Shown one piece after another: positions 19,995 through 30,228 of a stretch of DNA of 64,000 nucleotides (position 1 is the first letter of the stretch; the number at the start of each line of letters is the position of its first letter). The DNA is taken from contig JAYZAS010000004.1 of the NCBI GenBank assembly GCA_036339585.1, positions 121,767-185,766 of the forward strand, read 5' to 3'. A program made the position numbers and the translations under genes. The notes under the pieces are model-generated. The model was not told the DNA's origin. It was given only the letters and a program-made list of their open reading frames with translations, and ran no database searches. The stretch is from Pseudomonadota bacterium (GTDB taxonomy: Bacteria; Pseudomonadota; Alphaproteobacteria; UBA8366).

Positions 19995-20909
19995 ATGGCA
20001 CGCATCGCCAGCCTTACGCCTAATGCCACAGAAATTACCGCAGCACTAGGTGCATTGAGCCAATTAGTGGTGCGCAGCCACGCGTGCGACTATCCACGAT
20101 CAGTCTGCAGTCTTCCAGTCTGTACAAAAGTTAATATTGATACAACCGTGCCATCGAGCGATATCGACCAGAGTATAAAAGATCTTCTGTCCAGCGCCTT
20201 TTCGATCTACGAGATTGATGTGCCTTTGCTTAAAGCCGCCGCACCAGACATCATACTTACGCAATCGCAGTGCGATGTATGTGCCGTAAGCGAAGCTGAA
20301 CTATCTGGTGTTCTGGGCGATTGGTTTCACCATGGTGTTGACGTTGTTTCACTGAAATCAAATCAACTTACAGATATTTGGCAGGATATAAAAAACATAG
20401 CTGAAGTTATTGATGCTAATGACAGGGGCCGCGAACTAATCTCGAAAATCAGAGTGAACATGTCTACCATAGATAAGAAATGTGCTGCTCTCCAATCACG
20501 GCCCAGAGTGGTATGCATAGAGTGGATAGCTCCCCTCATGGCTGCTGGCAATTGGATTCCAGAACTGGTCGCTATGGCGGGAGGAATTAATCTGTTTGGT
20601 GAGATTGGCATTCATTCTCCATGGATGGATTGGGAAGAACTAAAAAATTCGGATCCAGATGTAATAATAGTGATGCCTTGCGGATTTGACCTGAAACGCT
20701 GTCGTGCAGAAATGTTTACGTTAGCCAATTTTCCTGGCTGGCACGAACTATCATGTGTCAAAGCGGGTGACGTATACTTGGCTGATGGAAATCAATACTT
20801 CAATAGATCCGGGCCTAGAATATCACAATCATTGGAAATCATTGCAGAAATACTGCACCCTCACGAGTTTGAACCTAAATACAAGGGTAGTGGCTGGGAG
20901 CGATATTGA
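19995..20909 (+). CDS. BtuF/TroA-like (class III periplasmic-binding-fold) protein without a signal peptide
   Basis: 304 aa. It begins directly with the conserved first strand 'ARIASLTPNATEITAALGA...CDYP', and no hydrophobic leader is visible. Confidence 0.65.
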   Translation: MARIASLTPNATEITAALGALSQLVVRSHACDYPRSVCSLPVCTKVNIDTTVPSSDIDQSIKDLLSSAFSIYEIDVPLLKAAAPDIILTQSQCDVCAVSEAELSGVLGDWFHHGVDVVSLKSNQLTDIWQDIKNIAEVIDANDRGRELISKIRVNMSTIDKKCAALQSRPRVVCIEWIAPLMAAGNWIPELVAMAGGINLFGEIGIHSPWMDWEELKNSDPDVIIVMPCGFDLKRCRAEMFTLANFPGWHELSCVKAGDVYLADGNQYFNRSGPRISQSLEIIAEILHPHEFEPKYKGSGWERY

Positions 20910-20918
20910 GATAACTAA

Positions 20919-21533
20919 TTAACGCTTCTTCAACACGAACATTGCCTGAGGAGCCAATAAGTTGGCCCGCAACGCGCAAGCAGAATACCCTAACGGTAAG
21001 CCGTTAGCACCCAAGGCAACAGCTTCTTCGATTTCTGCTTCAATATCCTCACATAGATTCAAAAAATCATGAATTGTACAAAGGTGAATGTTAGGTGTGT
21101 CGTACCAATTATCTGGCAGATTGCCAGTTATCGGCATCCGTCCGCCTAAAGCTAGACTCCATCGAACGCCCAAGTGTCCAAAGTTAGGAAATGATAGGAT
21201 CGCCTTATTTCCTATCCGAATAAGGTTTTCCAATACCTCACGAGGACGGCGTGTTGCTTGAAGGGTTTGGCTCAATACAACAAAATCAAAGGCATCATCC
21301 GGGTATGCCTCTAGATCAGTGTCTGCATCGCCTTGGATCACTGACAACCCGTTGCTAACGCACTCCCTCACGCCCGCCATACTAAGTTCAATCCCGCGAC
21401 CATCAACTCGTTTATCGCTCTTTAGAAAGCCAAGTAATGATCCGTCACCACACCCTACATCAAGTACTCGGCTTTCAGGCGGGATGGTATCAGCAATTAA
21501 ACGGAGATCACTACGCATATAATTAGACATCAT
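20919..21533 (-). CDS. metW: methionine biosynthesis protein MetW
   Basis: 204 aa with SAM-MTase motif 'VLDVGCGDGSLL'. Located immediately downstream of metX. Confidence 0.9.
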   Translation of the reverse strand: MMSNYMRSDLRLIADTIPPESRVLDVGCGDGSLLGFLKSDKRVDGRGIELSMAGVRECVSNGLSVIQGDADTDLEAYPDDAFDFVVLSQTLQATRRPREVLENLIRIGNKAILSFPNFGHLGVRWSLALGGRMPITGNLPDNWYDTPNIHLCTIHDFLNLCEDIEAEIEEAVALGANGLPLGYSACALRANLLAPQAMFVLKKR

Positions 21534-21542
21534 GATATTTAT

Positions 21543-22718
21543 CTACCGATCCGGTCGCCCCAAGCCACGCTGCTCAGCGCACGAGTCAATAAAACCTCTT
21601 GCTACGCGCCGAAATTCTGGTTCGTCGAGTAGAAAAGCATCATGGCCTTGATCACTTTCAATCTCGACAAAGCTAACGTCAGCTGCAACGGCATTTAACG
21701 CATGCACGATAGCTCTGTTCTCTGCTGTAGGGAATAACCAGTCGCTGCTAAAAGAAACGATACAAAATCTTGCTTTGACGCCGTCAAAAGCGGCCGCCAA
21801 CGACCCCCCGTATTCAGCAGCTAAATCAAAATAATCCATCGCTCGTGTTATATACAAATAAGAATTCGCATCGAAACGTTCCACGAATGTGCTTCCCTGA
21901 TGCCGGAGATAGCTTTCAACCTGAAAATCAGCGTCAAAACCGTAGGACGGCTGAGCGCGATTCTGGAGATTACGACCAAACTTGCGATGGAGAGCCGCCT
22001 CGGACAAATAAGTGATATGCGCAGTCATACGAGCCACACCAAGCCCCCGTCTGGGAACTGAACCGTGTTCCATATAATTACCGCCATGCCAATCCGGATC
22101 CGCTAAAATTGCCTGCCGGCCTACCTCATGAAAGGCAATATTCTGCGCCGTGTGCCTTGCTGCACCTGCGATAGGCATAGCGGAAAAAACATTATCCTTA
22201 TAACGGGAGGCCCATTCAAGCACCTGCATCGCGCCCATGGAACCACCCACAACACAGAAAAGCTGGTCAACACCTAATTGCTCGATCACAAGTTTTTGCG
22301 CTCGGACCATGTCGGCAATTGTAATAACCGGAAATTCAAGGCCGTAAGGTCGGTTGGTTTTTGGATCTATTTCTTTGGGGCCGGCACTGCCCATGCAGCC
22401 ACCTAATGCATTTATGCAAATTACAAAAAATCGTTCAGTGTCGATTGGCTTGCCAGCCCCCACCATGTCATCCCACCAACCCGGCTTCCCAGTCACGGGG
22501 TGTTCACTCGCAACGTACTGATCCCCGGTTAATGCGTGACAAATAAGAATTACATTCGACTTTTCAGCATTCATAACACCATAAGTTTGATATGCAATAT
22601 CGAATGGACCGAATTGAGTCCCATTATCCAAGCTCATAGGTTGTGTATCACCAAGCGTGATGGTAAACCCGCTGGCATTTGTGACTAGATGTCGCGACTT
22701 TTGGTCGCCTGTTAGCAT
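21543..22718 (-). CDS. metX: homoserine O-acetyltransferase
   Basis: 391 aa with 'ICHALTGD' and nucleophile elbow '[10 protein letters not shown]'. Has the C-terminal 'GHDAFL' catalytic His region. Confidence 0.95.
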   Translation of the reverse strand: MLTGDQKSRHLVTNASGFTITLGDTQPMSLDNGTQFGPFDIAYQTYGVMNAEKSNVILICHALTGDQYVASEHPVTGKPGWWDDMVGAGKPIDTERFFVICINALGGCMGSAGPKEIDPKTNRPYGLEFPVITIADMVRAQKLVIEQLGVDQLFCVVGGSMGAMQVLEWASRYKDNVFSAMPIAGAARHTAQNIAFHEVGRQAILADPDWHGGNYMEHGSVPRRGLGVARMTAHITYLSEAALHRKFGRNLQNRAQPSYGFDADFQVESYLRHQGSTFVERFDANSYLYITRAMDYFDLAAEYGGSLAAAFDGVKARFCIVSFSSDWLFPTAENRAIVHALNAVAADVSFVEIESDQGHDAFLLDEPEFRRVARGFIDSCAEQRGLGRPDR

Positions 22719-22863
22719 TCTTTTATCCTTATACGAAATAGCTTATTTCTATAAATATCCATTAATAGCCCGGGATATTGGGCCTGCCACAGTGAGTGTC
22801 AATGTTTTCTTTGATTTATCTGCGCGGAGGGACTACTAGTAGCGCCGCTTGAGGATGAAAAAA

Positions 22864-23733
22864 ATGCCGAATAAAGTAGAGAAACGAGAGACCTTAGACG
22901 AGCTGAGGGCTGAAATAGATGATATTGACTGTAAAGTCCATGACCTGCTTATGGATCGAGCTAATTTGGTAACACGCATCAAAGAAGTGAAGAGCTTAGA
23001 ATCCATAGCAACTGTGCGACCTGGGCGGGAAGCTTATATTCTACGTCGCCTTATGACTCGACACCGCGGTAATTTTCCAAAAGTCGCAGTCGCACGAATC
23101 TGGCGCGAAATAATTGCGGGAATCACACGCATGGAAATGCCCACTTACAAGGTGGCAGTCTATGTAACGGATAAAAATCAAACTTATTGGGATTTAGCTC
23201 GTGATCAGTTTGGCGTTGGAACAACTATGCAGCACTTCGCTCACATCAAGGTAGTGTTAAACAGCGTTGCATCCGGTCAGGCTACTATTGGTGTCGTCCC
23301 AACACCCAGTGATGACTCAACAGACCCATGGTGGATAAGCCTAATGGTACCAGACGGATTGAAAATCGTCTATAAACTTCCCTTTTTCAAGGGAACGAAC
23401 GTACGCAATAATCCCGATGAGGCTGCTACTGCCTTTGCGGTAGGGCGCATTCTACCAGATACAACTAAAGATGACCGCACCTTACTCGTAATAGCAACGG
23501 AAGAACCACTCAGTAGGTCTGCAGTTTGTGACCTTACAATGCGTGTTGGCCTTAATTCGTCACTGCTAACTTCCTCCCAGCAAGGGGATTGGTATCACTT
23601 GGTTGAGATCAGCAGCTTTATCACTGAAATTGATGCCCGGATTGAACATTTGAACAAAATTAGTGAAATACTAAGAATCGCAATAATTGGATCTTATGCC
23701 GAGCCCCTCCCTGCATTTGGTAATGAAAAATGA
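22864..23733 (+). CDS. chorismate mutase (CM_2 N-domain) with a prephenate-dehydratase-like C-terminal region
   Basis: CM_2 helix 'LDELRAEIDDIDCKVHDLLMDRANL' and 'RPGREAYILRRL'. Start chosen at the ATG with GAGG 9 nt upstream; 22849 (TTG) and 22855 (ATG) are alternatives. Confidence 0.72.
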   Translation: MPNKVEKRETLDELRAEIDDIDCKVHDLLMDRANLVTRIKEVKSLESIATVRPGREAYILRRLMTRHRGNFPKVAVARIWREIIAGITRMEMPTYKVAVYVTDKNQTYWDLARDQFGVGTTMQHFAHIKVVLNSVASGQATIGVVPTPSDDSTDPWWISLMVPDGLKIVYKLPFFKGTNVRNNPDEAATAFAVGRILPDTTKDDRTLLVIATEEPLSRSAVCDLTMRVGLNSSLLTSSQQGDWYHLVEISSFITEIDARIEHLNKISEILRIAIIGSYAEPLPAFGNEK

Positions 23734-24824
23734 AGCTTCCTAAGCCCAGAGCCGGTATTCTTGACGTAGCACCCTACGTTGGAGGACGTCACAGCGTTGA
23801 TGGCTTTGAAAAAGTGATTCTACTTGCGTCGAATGAAACGCCGCTTGGAGCAAGCCCGAATGCGATTAATGCCTACAGAAATGCAGCTAAGAATATGCAC
23901 CGTTACTGCGACGGCCACGCAATAGGCTTACGCGAATCCATAGGAAATCGATTTTGCTGTGATCCAGCTCGGATCGTCTGTGGTGCAGGCTCTGATGAAA
24001 TTATTCAAATGTTGATACGGGCCTACGCCGGGCCTGGAGAAGAGTTAATATTCAGCAAACACGGCTTTTCAATTTATCCAATCTTCGCAATCGGGGCAGG
24101 CGTGAAACCTGTGGCTGCCGACGAAACCCATTTTACCGCAGATACAGATAAGATTTTATCAAAAGTGACCGACCGAACTCGCCTTGTATTTCTTGCAAAC
24201 CCCAACAATCCAACAGGGACTTATATTACTAAAAATTCATTGGTCAAGTTAAGAGAGAGACTCCGAGAGGACATACTCCTTGTCCTTGACGGTGCCTATG
24301 CTGAGTATGTTACTCGCACCGATTACACTGCCGGTATTGAGCTTGTGGAACAGAATGAAAATATTGTCATAACACGAACTTGCTCTAAAATATTTGGACT
24401 TGCTGCATTGAGATTGGGCTGGGCCTATTGTCCGCCTGCTGTGGCCGATGTACTTAATCGCATTAGAAGCCCATTTAATGTAAACGGCCCGGCTCAAGCG
24501 GCAGGGATTGCTGCAATGGAAGATCAAGCCCACACAGAGAGGTCGCTTGCTCACAATGAGGAGTGGCTACCTTGGTTAAGTAATAGCCTAACTGAGCTAG
24601 GCCTCGATATTGTACCATCAGCAGCAAACTTTGTACTAGCGAGTTTTGGCAGTAAAAACGTTGCTGAAACTGTTTATCAAGGTCTACTTAACGGTGGTAT
24701 AATAACGCGTCACATGACCAGTTATCATCTCCCTCACTGCCTTCGTATTTCAGTGGGCCTAGAGGACGACAATAAAGCCCTAGTCAACTCCTTGAAGGAT
24801 TTAGTTGGTAAGAAGAATGGATAG
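23730..24824 (+). CDS. hisC: histidinol-phosphate aminotransferase
   Basis: 364 aa with 'NPNNPTG' and PLP-lysine region 'TCSKIFGLAALRLGW'. Overlaps the upstream gene by 4 nt. Confidence 0.9.
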   Translation: MKLPKPRAGILDVAPYVGGRHSVDGFEKVILLASNETPLGASPNAINAYRNAAKNMHRYCDGHAIGLRESIGNRFCCDPARIVCGAGSDEIIQMLIRAYAGPGEELIFSKHGFSIYPIFAIGAGVKPVAADETHFTADTDKILSKVTDRTRLVFLANPNNPTGTYITKNSLVKLRERLREDILLVLDGAYAEYVTRTDYTAGIELVEQNENIVITRTCSKIFGLAALRLGWAYCPPAVADVLNRIRSPFNVNGPAQAAGIAAMEDQAHTERSLAHNEEWLPWLSNSLTELGLDIVPSAANFVLASFGSKNVAETVYQGLLNGGIITRHMTSYHLPHCLRISVGLEDDNKALVNSLKDLVGKKNG

Positions 24825-25776
24825 TGCTGACAAACCATTTTTTAACAAAGTGGCCGTTCTCGGTCTTGGGCTCATTGGATCGTCATTGTGCCTTTTAATG
24901 AAACAAGAAGGTTTGGCCGGTACTATTGCTGGTAATGCCCGGTCACAAACCACCTTAGATACGGCACTTGAGATTGGTTTTATCGATAGCGCACATTCCC
25001 TACCTTCTGATGCGGTCGAAGATGCCGATTTAATTGTACTGGCTACCCCCGTCGGGGCTAATAAAAAGATAGCGAAGGCTATATGCCAATCATTGAAGCC
25101 AGGAGCGATCATAACCGATGTTGGTTCAGTAAAGGTAGCTGTTATTCGCGATGTAGCACCGTGCCTACCAAAAGGCGTTCATTTCGTGCCAGGACACCCC
25201 GTTGCTGGAACCGAACATTCTGGGCCTACATCAGGTTTCCCTGAATTATTTGCAAATCGATATTGTATATTAACACCACCCGAGGAGACTGACCCCAAAT
25301 CAGTCGCCCTAATTAGAGCGTTATGGGAAACGGCTGGCAGCATAGTTGAAATTATGGATGCAGCGCACCACGACCGTGTCCTTGCCATCACTTCACATCT
25401 GCCCCACTTAATTGCATATACTATAGTTGGAACAGCAAGCGATCTCGAAGGACAACTACGCAAAAAAAAATCATCTAATGGTCCCGAAGAGAAAACAGAA
25501 GAGGTTATAAAATTCTCAGCAGGCGGTTTCCGCGATTTCACTAGAATAGCGGCCTCAGATCCCATAATGTGGCGCGATATTTTTCTTAATAATAAAGATG
25601 CAGTCCTTGAATTACTTGGACGCTTCATTGAGGACCTCACAGCAATGCAACGTGCAATACGATGGGAAGAGGGAGAAACGCTTGAGAGCACCTTTCGGCG
25701 TAGGCGAAAAATCCGTCGTGATATAATAGAAATGGGCCAGGCTGGATCGTTCAATCCGAACGAGACGGAAGTTTAA
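24817..25776 (+). CDS. tyrC: prephenate/arogenate dehydrogenase
   Basis: NAD fold 'VAVLGLGLIGSSL', plus 'FVPGHPVAGTEHSG' and 'LAITSHLPHL'. The ATG at 24817 overlaps the hisC end; the track start is a TTG at 24805. Confidence 0.85.
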   Translation: MDSADKPFFNKVAVLGLGLIGSSLCLLMKQEGLAGTIAGNARSQTTLDTALEIGFIDSAHSLPSDAVEDADLIVLATPVGANKKIAKAICQSLKPGAIITDVGSVKVAVIRDVAPCLPKGVHFVPGHPVAGTEHSGPTSGFPELFANRYCILTPPEETDPKSVALIRALWETAGSIVEIMDAAHHDRVLAITSHLPHLIAYTIVGTASDLEGQLRKKKSSNGPEEKTEEVIKFSAGGFRDFTRIAASDPIMWRDIFLNNKDAVLELLGRFIEDLTAMQRAIRWEEGETLESTFRRRRKIRRDIIEMGQAGSFNPNETEV

Positions 25777-26827
25777 TCGGCTTAAGTTTTAGTAGTTTGA
25801 ATGGACCGATCCGAAGCTCCCCATTGCGAGTAGTAAGGGGTACCGACAAAATCTTTTCTCCATCTTTTGGCGACGTCTTGGCCAAAACCGTCAGCGCGAC
25901 ACGCATTGCTGCTGCAGCATCTGGCTCCACGATCTTTGATTGCTCGAGGGCACTCAGTGTTTCCGAGAATCCCCGTATATCCGATGTTATGGAAACCACG
26001 GGCCGAAGCTGTGGATCAAGCCCGACTGACCCGCGACCCCGTAAGAACAGTGGGGCCGACATAATGTCAAACCAACTAATATCTACTAAACCGCCAGCTG
26101 TCTGCCATTTCTGTAAAGCTTCGTGAGTAAATGCACTTAACGATGCATTTCTAAAATCTGCTACGAATTGTATTTGCCGAGTCTTTCCTCCAATTTGTAC
26201 CTTCTGGCCCTCGGGAACTTCCAAGTTTTCAACTTGTGAAAAGAGTGAAACCCACGTCTTGCCCACGCCAATCTCTCGCGTTTCCGGTTGTGTCAAATTA
26301 AGCTGCATTCTACCTGCTGACGCTAAAAGATCTTTTGCACCATTAAACAATCGAGAAGTTTCGACATCAATGCGGCTCCCCGCCAGTCTCCCATTAGTAA
26401 AAAAGCGAACCAGTATTGAAGTTTCGTTTGGTTCATATGTCAGGGGCACCCCAAACCCTGATCGTGAGATATCAAAACGATGTGTCCCTGGCAATGTGAT
26501 CCTATACTTCCAAAAATCCCATGGCTGCATTTCAATGATTGCTTCAGATCCTTCCCATCGAACCTGTTTGAGTGCGGTCCGCAGAGACGGGTTCTTTATC
26601 TTAAGCCGAACTAAGTGAGGGAACCCGTCTAAGATTACATCGGAAAATGCGAAAAAGTGTCCCTGCGTCAGACAAACTTTCACAACATTCGAGAATTTCT
26701 CCTTTGCCTTGCCTGCCGCATAATACCAATACGCAGAATAGCCAGCCGCAATCACCGATAAAAGTAGAAATGGGCCTAAAAAAGTGCGGTTGGAAATTTT
26801 AAACATTAGCCGGATTGTCCCCTCCAT
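25751..26827 (-). CDS. conserved hypothetical exported/membrane-anchored protein (possibly DUF2125-like)
   Basis: 358 aa with one N-terminal TM ('FLGPFLLLSVIAAGYSAYWYY'). The family assignment is from memory only. The 3' end overlaps tyrC by 26 nt. Confidence 0.5.
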   Translation of the reverse strand: MEGTIRLMFKISNRTFLGPFLLLSVIAAGYSAYWYYAAGKAKEKFSNVVKVCLTQGHFFAFSDVILDGFPHLVRLKIKNPSLRTALKQVRWEGSEAIIEMQPWDFWKYRITLPGTHRFDISRSGFGVPLTYEPNETSILVRFFTNGRLAGSRIDVETSRLFNGAKDLLASAGRMQLNLTQPETREIGVGKTWVSLFSQVENLEVPEGQKVQIGGKTRQIQFVADFRNASLSAFTHEALQKWQTAGGLVDISWFDIMSAPLFLRGRGSVGLDPQLRPVVSITSDIRGFSETLSALEQSKIVEPDAAAAMRVALTVLAKTSPKDGEKILSVPLTTRNGELRIGPFKLLKLKPIKLPSRSD

Positions 26828-27089
26828 ATGTGAAAACTATTTTTTCATTACCAAATTTACCAGGATAAGACTTTAGGCCGTGTTTTCAGGAGACTTGCTG
26901 AAGTACCTCGATAAGAACGACCCCTAACAGTATTTTGGAAATTATGCTCAATAATGTTACATGTCAGATCATTTTGTTCGAATGCATTACGGTAGCAATC
27001 TAAGGCATCAAAGTGTCATAAACCTCCTGAACCAACTCAAATAAACTCTCCACGTCAGCCAAATTGCGGCGAGATTAATTTTCTACCCG

Positions 27090-27812
27090 TTACTTTTTTG
27101 CTTTTGATTTTGCTTCAACTTCAAGCCTGTCGGTTGCCGATTGTATGCGATTCTTCAGTTCATCCATAAATTCCTGACGGCTTAACCCAGGACTTATTGG
27201 CGGTAAGAGCTCCATTACAATGCAACCACTTTTCTTCACAAACTCTCGCCGAGGCCAGAAGAACCCAGAGTTAAGCGCTATAGGAACAACTGGCAAATTG
27301 AGTTCGCGATAAAGGGCTATTATGCCCGGCTGATAAGGGGGAGCTTCTCCAACCTTGGTGCGCGTTCCCTCGGGAAAAATGACAATGCTATGCCCCTCAG
27401 AAACCCGCTCTCTTGCAGTGCGCAGCATGTATCGCATGGCAGCGGCCCCAGCGCTTCGATCGACATCAATCATTCCAGCACGTCGGACAAACCATCCAAC
27501 CATCGGAACCGACAATAGGGACCTTTTAAGGATAAATATACAGTCATAAAATACCAAATTTAAGATCTGCGTCTCCCACATAGATTGATGCTTAGATGCA
27601 ATTAGGAAAGGTTCCGGTGGTAAGTTTTGACGGCCACGGATCTCATAGGAAATGCCAAGACCTAGTCGCATTGCTAACACTGCTCCGCGCACCCAAAACC
27701 GAGTTGCGGTGCGGAAATGCCGACGAGGTAAAAGCATCAATGGCACGTAGAATGGACTTAGAACAACAGTCCATCCATAAAAAAGAAAATAGAAGATCGT
27801 AGCACGTAACAT
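27090..27812 (-). CDS. plsC: 1-acyl-sn-glycerol-3-phosphate acyltransferase
   Basis: 240 aa. Acyltransferase motif I variant 'SKHQSMWE' and motif III 'IFPEGTR'. Confidence 0.85.
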   Translation of the reverse strand: MLRATIFYFLFYGWTVVLSPFYVPLMLLPRRHFRTATRFWVRGAVLAMRLGLGISYEIRGRQNLPPEPFLIASKHQSMWETQILNLVFYDCIFILKRSLLSVPMVGWFVRRAGMIDVDRSAGAAAMRYMLRTARERVSEGHSIVIFPEGTRTKVGEAPPYQPGIIALYRELNLPVVPIALNSGFFWPRREFVKKSGCIVMELLPPISPGLSRQEFMDELKNRIQSATDRLEVEAKSKAKK

Positions 27813-27824
27813 ATTAAACTCTGA

Positions 27825-28448
27825 TCAGCTGCGCCAAAACAAAGCACGAAGCAATTTCCTCCGAATATAGGCAATCAAGTATTTGTTATATTCTTCAACG
27901 ATCAATCCCGTACTACCAGGCCAAAACCACCAATTCTTGGCCTTAAAAGATTTTGGAAACACAGGGTGTTCGATTATCCTAATTGCTGGCAACACTGCGC
28001 GGAATTCGGCCAAGCTCCTCAGCATATGATAGCTCGATGTCACAAGACGTATAGAGTGGTAATTTTCTTTTTTTAACCAAGCTGCAGTCTCTATTGCGTT
28101 GCCCTCGGTATTATCAGCATCGTACCCTAGCGCTATACAACAAGTCGCTGCGTCCGGAAATCTTCGCACTATTTGGAGCAATTGCTGCACGTCAACACCA
28201 CGATGCACCCCTGAAACAAATAATTTACTCGCTTTATTATCACTCAAAAGATCGAGACCCGTCTCCAGCCGCAAGCTTCCCCCAGTTAATACCACAATAG
28301 CATCTGTTCGGCTCTCTGGCATAGTTACGGTATCCGGAAGCGATTGCGCAAAAATCAGGAAGCCACAAATCCAAATCACACCTATGAATAAAAGACCACG
28401 AAATGCCCATCTGAACTTAAACCGAAAACTGGCTCGCCTTCGACGCAT
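27825..28448 (-). CDS. YdcF/ElyC (DUF218) family protein
   Basis: 207 aa with an N-terminal TM, 'AIVVLTGG...RLETG..LL' and 'LVTSSYHMLRS'. Confidence 0.75.
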   Translation of the reverse strand: MRRRRASFRFKFRWAFRGLLFIGVIWICGFLIFAQSLPDTVTMPESRTDAIVVLTGGSLRLETGLDLLSDNKASKLFVSGVHRGVDVQQLLQIVRRFPDAATCCIALGYDADNTEGNAIETAAWLKKENYHSIRLVTSSYHMLRSLAEFRAVLPAIRIIEHPVFPKSFKAKNWWFWPGSTGLIVEEYNKYLIAYIRRKLLRALFWRS

Positions 28449-29350
28449 TACTGAATCCGCCGAAGCTCACGTAGCACAGTAGCTCGTGCCGTACGCATAG
28501 CGATCAGACACACAACAACCGGAACTATCAACAAAATTAGCCAGTTCCACAAAGTAAAACGCAAATCAGGCATTAGCATCGGGTCTAGCTCGGCTACACC
28601 CTTGAAAAAAAGGGCCAAAGTCGCACCCACCAACAAGGCACCCACTATCCCTCCTTTGAAAGCGAGCTTTAAAGCATGCCGCTGGAATTGTCGGGCGATG
28701 TAACTGTCTGTTGCTCCAATTAAGTGTAATACAATTAAGACGTCATGGTGAACGGCAATCCCACTCCGAGTGGCAAACACCACCGCCGAAACTGCGCAAC
28801 CAGCGATCAGTAAAATTATTCCTGCGGCTAGGGCCTGCAACGAGTAAATAAGCTCTTTTATCTGTCGACGCCAAGCGCCGTGATCGTCAATTACTGAGTC
28901 TTTTATAGCTAGCCCCAATTGCTCGCGCAGTTGCCCAAGATTCACTGGCGGCTTATCTGCGAGACTAACATCTATTAAGTGTGGTAGCGGCAAATCAACA
29001 ACTGAAGTCCCTGCGCCTAGCCAAGGCTCGAGGGATATAGCGACCTCGGCAGGGGGCACTTGCTTTGCGGCAGAAACACCTGGGGTGCCTTCAAGAATCG
29101 TGATCGCACGGTCGATCCGTTGGTCAACTTCGACTGTGCTTTCACCTTCGATTGGTGGAATTTGGACCGTATACCGCCCGCTCAAGCCTTTTTCCCATGA
29201 TGAGGTGGCACCAGTAAGAACAAGTGCTCCAGCCAGCATAAGCATGGCTAGGAAAACCATTACACTGATAATCCATGGCAGAAGACGTGTTGCCGGGTCG
29301 CTGCTTAAGGGCAAATCCAAGCGTCCACTGAACATATTAGCTTCCTGCAC
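28448..29350 (-). CDS. ftsX: cell-division ABC transporter permease FtsX-like
   Basis: 300 aa with TM1, a periplasmic loop and three C-terminal TMs. Overlaps ftsE by 14 nt. Confidence 0.8.
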   Translation of the reverse strand: MQEANMFSGRLDLPLSSDPATRLLPWIISVMVFLAMLMLAGALVLTGATSSWEKGLSGRYTVQIPPIEGESTVEVDQRIDRAITILEGTPGVSAAKQVPPAEVAISLEPWLGAGTSVVDLPLPHLIDVSLADKPPVNLGQLREQLGLAIKDSVIDDHGAWRRQIKELIYSLQALAAGIILLIAGCAVSAVVFATRSGIAVHHDVLIVLHLIGATDSYIARQFQRHALKLAFKGGIVGALLVGATLALFFKGVAELDPMLMPDLRFTLWNWLILLIVPVVVCLIAMRTARATVLRELRRIQ

Positions 29351-30056
29351 TGCGACAAGGGGTTGTTAAAATACCATCCTCCAAATGAAGTACTGGATAG
29401 TCAAAGTGTGACACAAGCCCTTCGTTATGAGTAGCAATCACGATAGTAGTGCCAACTTTGTTCAATTCTTCAAATAAATATAATAAGCGAACGGCTATAG
29501 CATCATCAACATTGCCTGTCGGCTCATCAGCGAGTAATAGCTGTGGCCGTGCTATGACTGCGCGTGCGATTGCAACTCTTTGTTGCTGCCCTCCAGATAA
29601 TGTTACTGGCCTAGCATCGAGCTGACCGGCGAGACCAACCCAGCTTAAGAGCTCTGTAACATGCTTGGCGATGACATCCTCTGGCATACCTGCAACCCGC
29701 AGAGGCAGCGCCACATTGTCGAAGGCGGATAGATGATCTAGAAGCCGAAATTCCTGGAAAACAACCCCAATTTGGCGCCGCAGTGCTGGCATTTCATTTC
29801 GTCGCAAGCCTGACACATCACGGTCGAATAGCCTAATCAAACCACGACTTGGCCTTTCAGCAAGGTACATCAGCTTGAGCATGGATGATTTTCCAGCGCC
29901 GCTTGGCCCAGTGACGAATCTAAAGGCTCCAGGTTCAAGGCTGAAGGATATGTCGCTGAGCACCTCGGGGCCAGCGCCGTATCGCATGCCAACATTTTCA
30001 AATCGGATCACATGCTTTCTCTGCTCTTTAGCGCAGTCGAACTTTGATGATACCAA
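29337..30056 (-). CDS. ftsE: cell-division ATP-binding protein FtsE
   Basis: Walker A 'GPSGAGKSS', signature 'LSGGQQQRV', Walker B 'LLLADEPT'. Confidence 0.9.
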   Translation of the reverse strand: MVSSKFDCAKEQRKHVIRFENVGMRYGAGPEVLSDISFSLEPGAFRFVTGPSGAGKSSMLKLMYLAERPSRGLIRLFDRDVSGLRRNEMPALRRQIGVVFQEFRLLDHLSAFDNVALPLRVAGMPEDVIAKHVTELLSWVGLAGQLDARPVTLSGGQQQRVAIARAVIARPQLLLADEPTGNVDDAIAVRLLYLFEELNKVGTTIVIATHNEGLVSHFDYPVLHLEDGILTTPCRSAGS

Positions 30057-30228
30057 CCACCGATCTAATCCTTCTGCAAGTTAAAATTCTTTTCTGTCCT
30101 ACCATCCATAAAAATTTCTGCAAAATCAAAACCCGTAAAGTACCACGACGGTTGCAACAAACGGTTTGACCACTTAAACTCGATAATACCATATTTTGTG
30201 CTGAAACTTTATCGAGTATCTACATACA

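Noticed and set aside
22719-22848. Possible SAM-II/SAM-V riboswitch in the metX leader
   Set aside because: Alphaproteobacterial metX/metA genes often carry one, so I looked. I see a TTGACA-type -35 element and a short hairpin GAAATA-agc-TATTTC. I could not recognise the U-rich/AAAGCU pseudoknot elements, so I cannot support the call without a covariance-model scan.
25179-25754. Long antisense ORFs: 191 aa here, plus 59836-60435 (199 aa), 55398-55958 (186 aa) and 28099-28482 (127 aa)
   Set aside because: Each lies opposite a gene with strong motif support (tyrC, ArgH-like lyase, MFS transporter, YdcF). All are Ser/Arg/Pro-rich shadows without an SD.
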